Source: Eledone cirrhosa (taxonomy: Eukaryota). Taken from it: 64,000 bases of DNA. The notes under the pieces were generated by a model. It was not told the DNA's origin and did not search any database. It saw only the letters and a list, made by a program, of their open reading frames with translations. Shown here one piece after another: positions 59,336-64,000 of the stretch (the first letter of the stretch is position 1; each line of letters opens with the position of its first letter). Location: positions 34,038,001 through 34,102,000 of the forward strand of contig OZ024743.1 of NCBI GenBank assembly GCA_964016885.1. Reading direction: 5' to 3'. The position numbers and the translations under genes are program-made.

Positions 59336-59544
59336 CAACCTGCGACTCCAAAAGCATCTGATGATGTCCAGTTCTCCTTTTTCGGGTAGTTTTTTCGATA
59401 CTCAGAGAGTGGGATTTGTCGAGAGCTAGGCCTTTCCTCACTTAAAAAACCTTTGAAGCACAGGCATTGCTTGTTCAGGACAAGCGATTGCAATACTCTT
59501 AGAAGAGTTTGCAGCCATCGTATACATATATATATAAATATAAC

Positions 59545-59590
<46 letters not shown>

Positions 59591-61939
59591 AGCCCTCTAT
59601 CGCATTCACACACACATATACACAGAAACATATATGAGTATATGAAGTACAGCTTTTCTTTTACATTGTCCCAGGTTTCTTATTTTCATCAAGCTTTTTT
59701 TGTTTTGTTTTTGTTCCTTGTACTTTGTTAGGAACAGTAAAGTTCCCCCAAATCCATCATCAGCCTTTGTAAATCTTCAGGGTCTTATCTTCGGGATGAA
59801 GTAATGTTAAGCAGTGAAGATGAGACCCTGAAGATTTACAAATATAGACCTAAACACCAACTCTTTACGATAGTGTAATGTTCTGAACTTGAGCTGATGC
59901 AGGAGTATTTAGCGTCCTGGGCTAGCTCTGCAATGTTCGCTCCACTCTACCAAATATACCTTAGTTTTGCAAGCTGGGAAACCTAGTGCTGGCATGTCTT
60001 TTTCTGGCAGTTTAATAAAATAACTAACCTAGTTTTTGGCACTTGCTGCTCTGTCTATACCTAAACAATCACTAAGCTTGCATTTTCTTTTTCTACCAGA
60101 CAGTCCACACTCATCTACGCCAATTCCTGTTACGGGTCATAAACTCATACGACCTTCTCCGTAGCTTTGGATATTTCCACAGTACTGCTACGCGGCAATG
60201 GTATTTATTTATTTATGTATTTATTTATTGATCGTAAGTGTTATAAATGTGTACGTGTTATCAATTTGTTTCAGTAATGAGTCTGTCTGAAGTTGTGTCC
60301 CAGGTGGTTGCCTAGTTGGCCTAATGGTAACGCCGGTCCTGCTCAGAATAGCAAAAATAAAACTTATAGTCAGTGACTATTTTTATCGTGCCATTGACCG
60401 TTGCTTGTATTGTTCTAAATTTAATTTTCATTGTATCAAATACTACATGTGCTGCTTACACGGTAAATGATATTTAAAACACTTAAAACACTCATAAAAT
60501 GTTAAATATAGATTATTCTCAAGTCCAAAGAATGCCAAACACATGATCATGGCACCTACAGTTCTAACATTTCTTTAAAATAAGTGCTGCTTCTAGTAAT
60601 ACATTGACTCAAATGTCAGACATAGATATTTAGATACATCACACTCATTTACACTCAAATAGTCAAATAAATGTCCTTACATGGAGACAGTGAAACGAAT
60701 GTCTATACCAATCATAGGGAAACTGCGGCCCACCACTGGCTTCTTGAATGGCACGCCTAATTTCAAAATTGCCTTGAATGTTTTCGTAGTGCATCCCGCC
60801 TTATGATGAGCCACATCTGCGAGCCACTGTTCAATAAAGGTTGTCCATGTTTAGTCTACAGAGATACAAAATGTCTTTGCACACAGGTACATGCATGTAC
60901 TTATTGAAAAGACACACCAACTACAACATTTCAACAAATATACGTATATTATTATATATACTATGTGGTGAGAGACAAAACGAATAATCGGCTAATAACA
61001 TTTCATTTATTACGGCAAATAGGGGAGAATACTCCGGACATATTTCTGTATTATTATGTCCTCGCCAGCGAAACCTATGATTCACTGCATATATGTATAT
61101 GCGTCATGTATGTATATGAATATATTCTAACTCGTGCAAATGTATGGTTACAGAATTTGCTACGCAACAACGGGGTTTCGCGTTTTGTCCCACTGCGTAA
61201 CGTCTTTTTCACAAATAGGAGTACGAAACCTGTCCGATGACTTTATACAGCAAGAACTTACCATCCCCTGACATTACTTGCACTTAGATTTGAAAGACTA
61301 GGTGAGATTAAAAGATGAATATTTTAACAAATGTTAGAATATTTGCGGTTAAGTATAAACCTAACAACGGCATTGTTTGCACTTAAATGACATCACACCA
61401 AAATATTCTCATCTTTCGTAACTTTTACGGCGGCGGTGGGCTTCTTTGATGGAATAACAAGTACATCAGTTGACAAGAACTTGGGTGGTCTGTGACCTAC
61501 CCCTGACACAGCCTGACGATAACTACCTATAAGAGTCATCCAACCGATTAAACTTGTATCATTCAGACCTAAAAGACTCCTCCAGTTTATTCTTGGGTCA
61601 TCTTTACAGATGTGATTTCAGTAATAAGGACGTATTAGGGAAGATGACTTGTACGTGTTAACAGTAAATACCGCACTGGCAGAACCATTTTTAGGACGGA
61701 GTTGATAAATATTAAAACAGAAAGATTTACTATCGGGCATCTTGATTATAAGGGGATGAGACTGGCTGTATGGTATGCTGATATATTCCATGCGGTGAAG
61801 GGCCGTAGTGTAGTGGTTTCGGTGTTCGGCTCATAATCGTAAGGTTGATTTGCGGCAGCGCAATGTGTCCTTTAACAAGGTATTTTATTTCACGTTGATC
61901 CAGTCTACTCAGCTGGTAAAATGTGTCAGCTGGTCATAG

Positions 61940-62258
61940 GGACGAAAGGATGAAGAAATAAAGTTGACTTCAGCGGGATTTGAATTCAGAACGTGGAAAG
62001 TATAAATGCCGCGAAACAATTTTGTCAGATGCTCTACCGATACTGCCAATCGATCGCAGAGAGTAGAAATAATTGTTTCTACTTTTGGCACAGGCCAACA
62101 ATTACCCCAGTACATTACTGGTACTTTATTTCATCGATCCCGTAAGGATGAAAGGCAAAGTTAACCTCGGCAGGATTTAAACTCAGACCATAAGGGCCAT
62201 AACTCTATGCTGCAAAGCATGGTGTTCAACCCTCTACCGATACTGCCAATCCACCGCA
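61940..62258 (-). mobile_element. Tandem major-family SINE copies
   Basis: A partial copy followed by a full-length copy. Confidence 0.8.
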
Positions 62259-64000
62259 GAGAGAAAAAATAATACATCGATATACTATTGATTGCAGAGC
62301 TTTGTTTACTGAATATTTTCAAATCAACCACATCTACCATTGTTCTTTGTGGTGATGGAGGGGAGGGGTAGTAAGACCCCCAATAAGTTCAGCTTTACTT
62401 TTCATCCTATCGGTGTTGATAAATAAAGCACCAGTCTAGGGTGGCGGATTAGCGGAGTTGCCAGTTCGTCAGATAGGATATTGGGTTTTTTTAATTTGTT
62501 TTTTATTTTTATGTTCAAATCTCACCTAAGTCCATTTCGGTGGTAGAGTTAATCCGTTACTGTTACTACCTGGATCTTGGATGCAGTAGAGTCTTCTCTG
62601 ATGCAAATATTTGGGACAGATCTTCAGTTTGAGAATACTCTCCCTGTCCTTCTCCATCATTCTTGTAGACCCCGAAAATGGCCATGGACATATTCCTTCT
62701 ATCTAACTAAGCAATAAAAGAAATGTTTAAGAAATCTAAAACTTTTCTGTGTGTAGTAACAGCACCATCCCAGCTATATGAGCAGTATCTTTATGTAGGC
62801 CACTGCCTTCTTTATAGCCAGCACCTACTCAGAGCTTAAGTGTTATATTCTGGCTCCGAATAAAAAATCCTAGTTTTTAGGGTGCATTTTTTCAAGTGGT
62901 GGTGGGGCAATACTGATGTTGTGTGGTCGCAAGGAAAGGTGATTAGAGATTGTGATGTCTAATATGTATAGCAGACAATATATTATGACAATGATGCCAT
63001 CTCAGATGACATTAGCACTGTATATAAAGTGAAGCATTAGTGAAATGAATTGAGAATGGAAAACCACGTTGTGGTTTCAACTTTCCAGGATCAATAAAAC
63101 CTCAAATATTACAAACACATACACAAACACACACAGTACATTCAGAGAGACTCTCCTATGAACACTTAGTGATCAATCAAAACGGCTGGCACATCAGACT
63201 TACAAAGTCTTTTTCATATTCATTAACCCTTGCGTTACCAAATTTCTAATGAAAGGCACTGTTTAGTATTTCCAGTTAAATTTGAAAGTAATCAAGAACT
63301 TATTCAATATCAAGTTGATGTTTGAACATAATTAAACAAAGATTGTTCCATATAATTATGTTTGAAGGCGTTTAGATAAATATGAAGTTTTGTATCATTA
63401 GAATCAGGTGGATTTCAGGTGGAAAGGGCGAAGGGACATAGTCATAGTTAAAGCAAAGTCCGGAGAGGAATTAGTAGACTTCATTGCTCGGATTTGGCCC
63501 AGTGGAACTCCTATGTGGGTAATTGTCCACAATGCAATTGTCATAATAAGGAATAAGGCAACACACATGCATATAAACAATGTACAACATATCAATATAC
63601 AGGCGGACACACATTTTTACACAGAACCTCGTGTATGAATACTTCGTAGTTATAACGTAACTATTTCTTTTGTACAAAAGGGTTAGCAGAGAGCACAATA
63701 AAAGTGAAATAAATGCCCTTTAGAACAATAATGTGGTCGTAGCATGGAGGACCTTACCAGAGAAATAATATAAGAATATATAGGTAGAATTAATATCTTC
63801 AAGAAGAGGCCTCATATTTATTCACCTTCGGTGAAAATAGCCTTGACCAGAAGGTGTTGATATCATCAGACAGTGTCCAAAGTTCATTGGGTGTTTTAAA
63901 CCTCAACCGCAACACCTTCACGTGGGGAGTGTGGTCAAGAGTCGAAATAAAGATACGACGAATATACACTCAAAATTAATTATTACATCATATTTTCTAT

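Overview
Repeat-dense, AT-rich animal genomic DNA. It is most likely from a coleoid cephalopod (Octopus-like); this is inferred from the SINE and microsatellite make-up and from a molluscan-type insulin. Only one host coding exon is well supported: a minus-strand exon (36626-36857) encoding the signal peptide and B-chain of a molluscan insulin-related peptide. It ends in a phase-1 GT donor, and I could not find its A-chain exon in the window. The rest is microsatellites, minisatellites, many tRNA-derived SINEs, hAT/Tc1/pogo MITEs and non-LTR retrotransposon relics (RTE, CRE, Penelope-like). Nearly all long ORFs in the track are repeat artefacts. The most striking hidden layer is structured RNA: about ten type I hammerhead ribozyme motifs from several unrelated repeat families (some showing stem covariation), a probable HDV-like ribozyme relic at RTE 5' ends, and several long fold-back palindromes. 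All structures were paired by eye and no searches were run.
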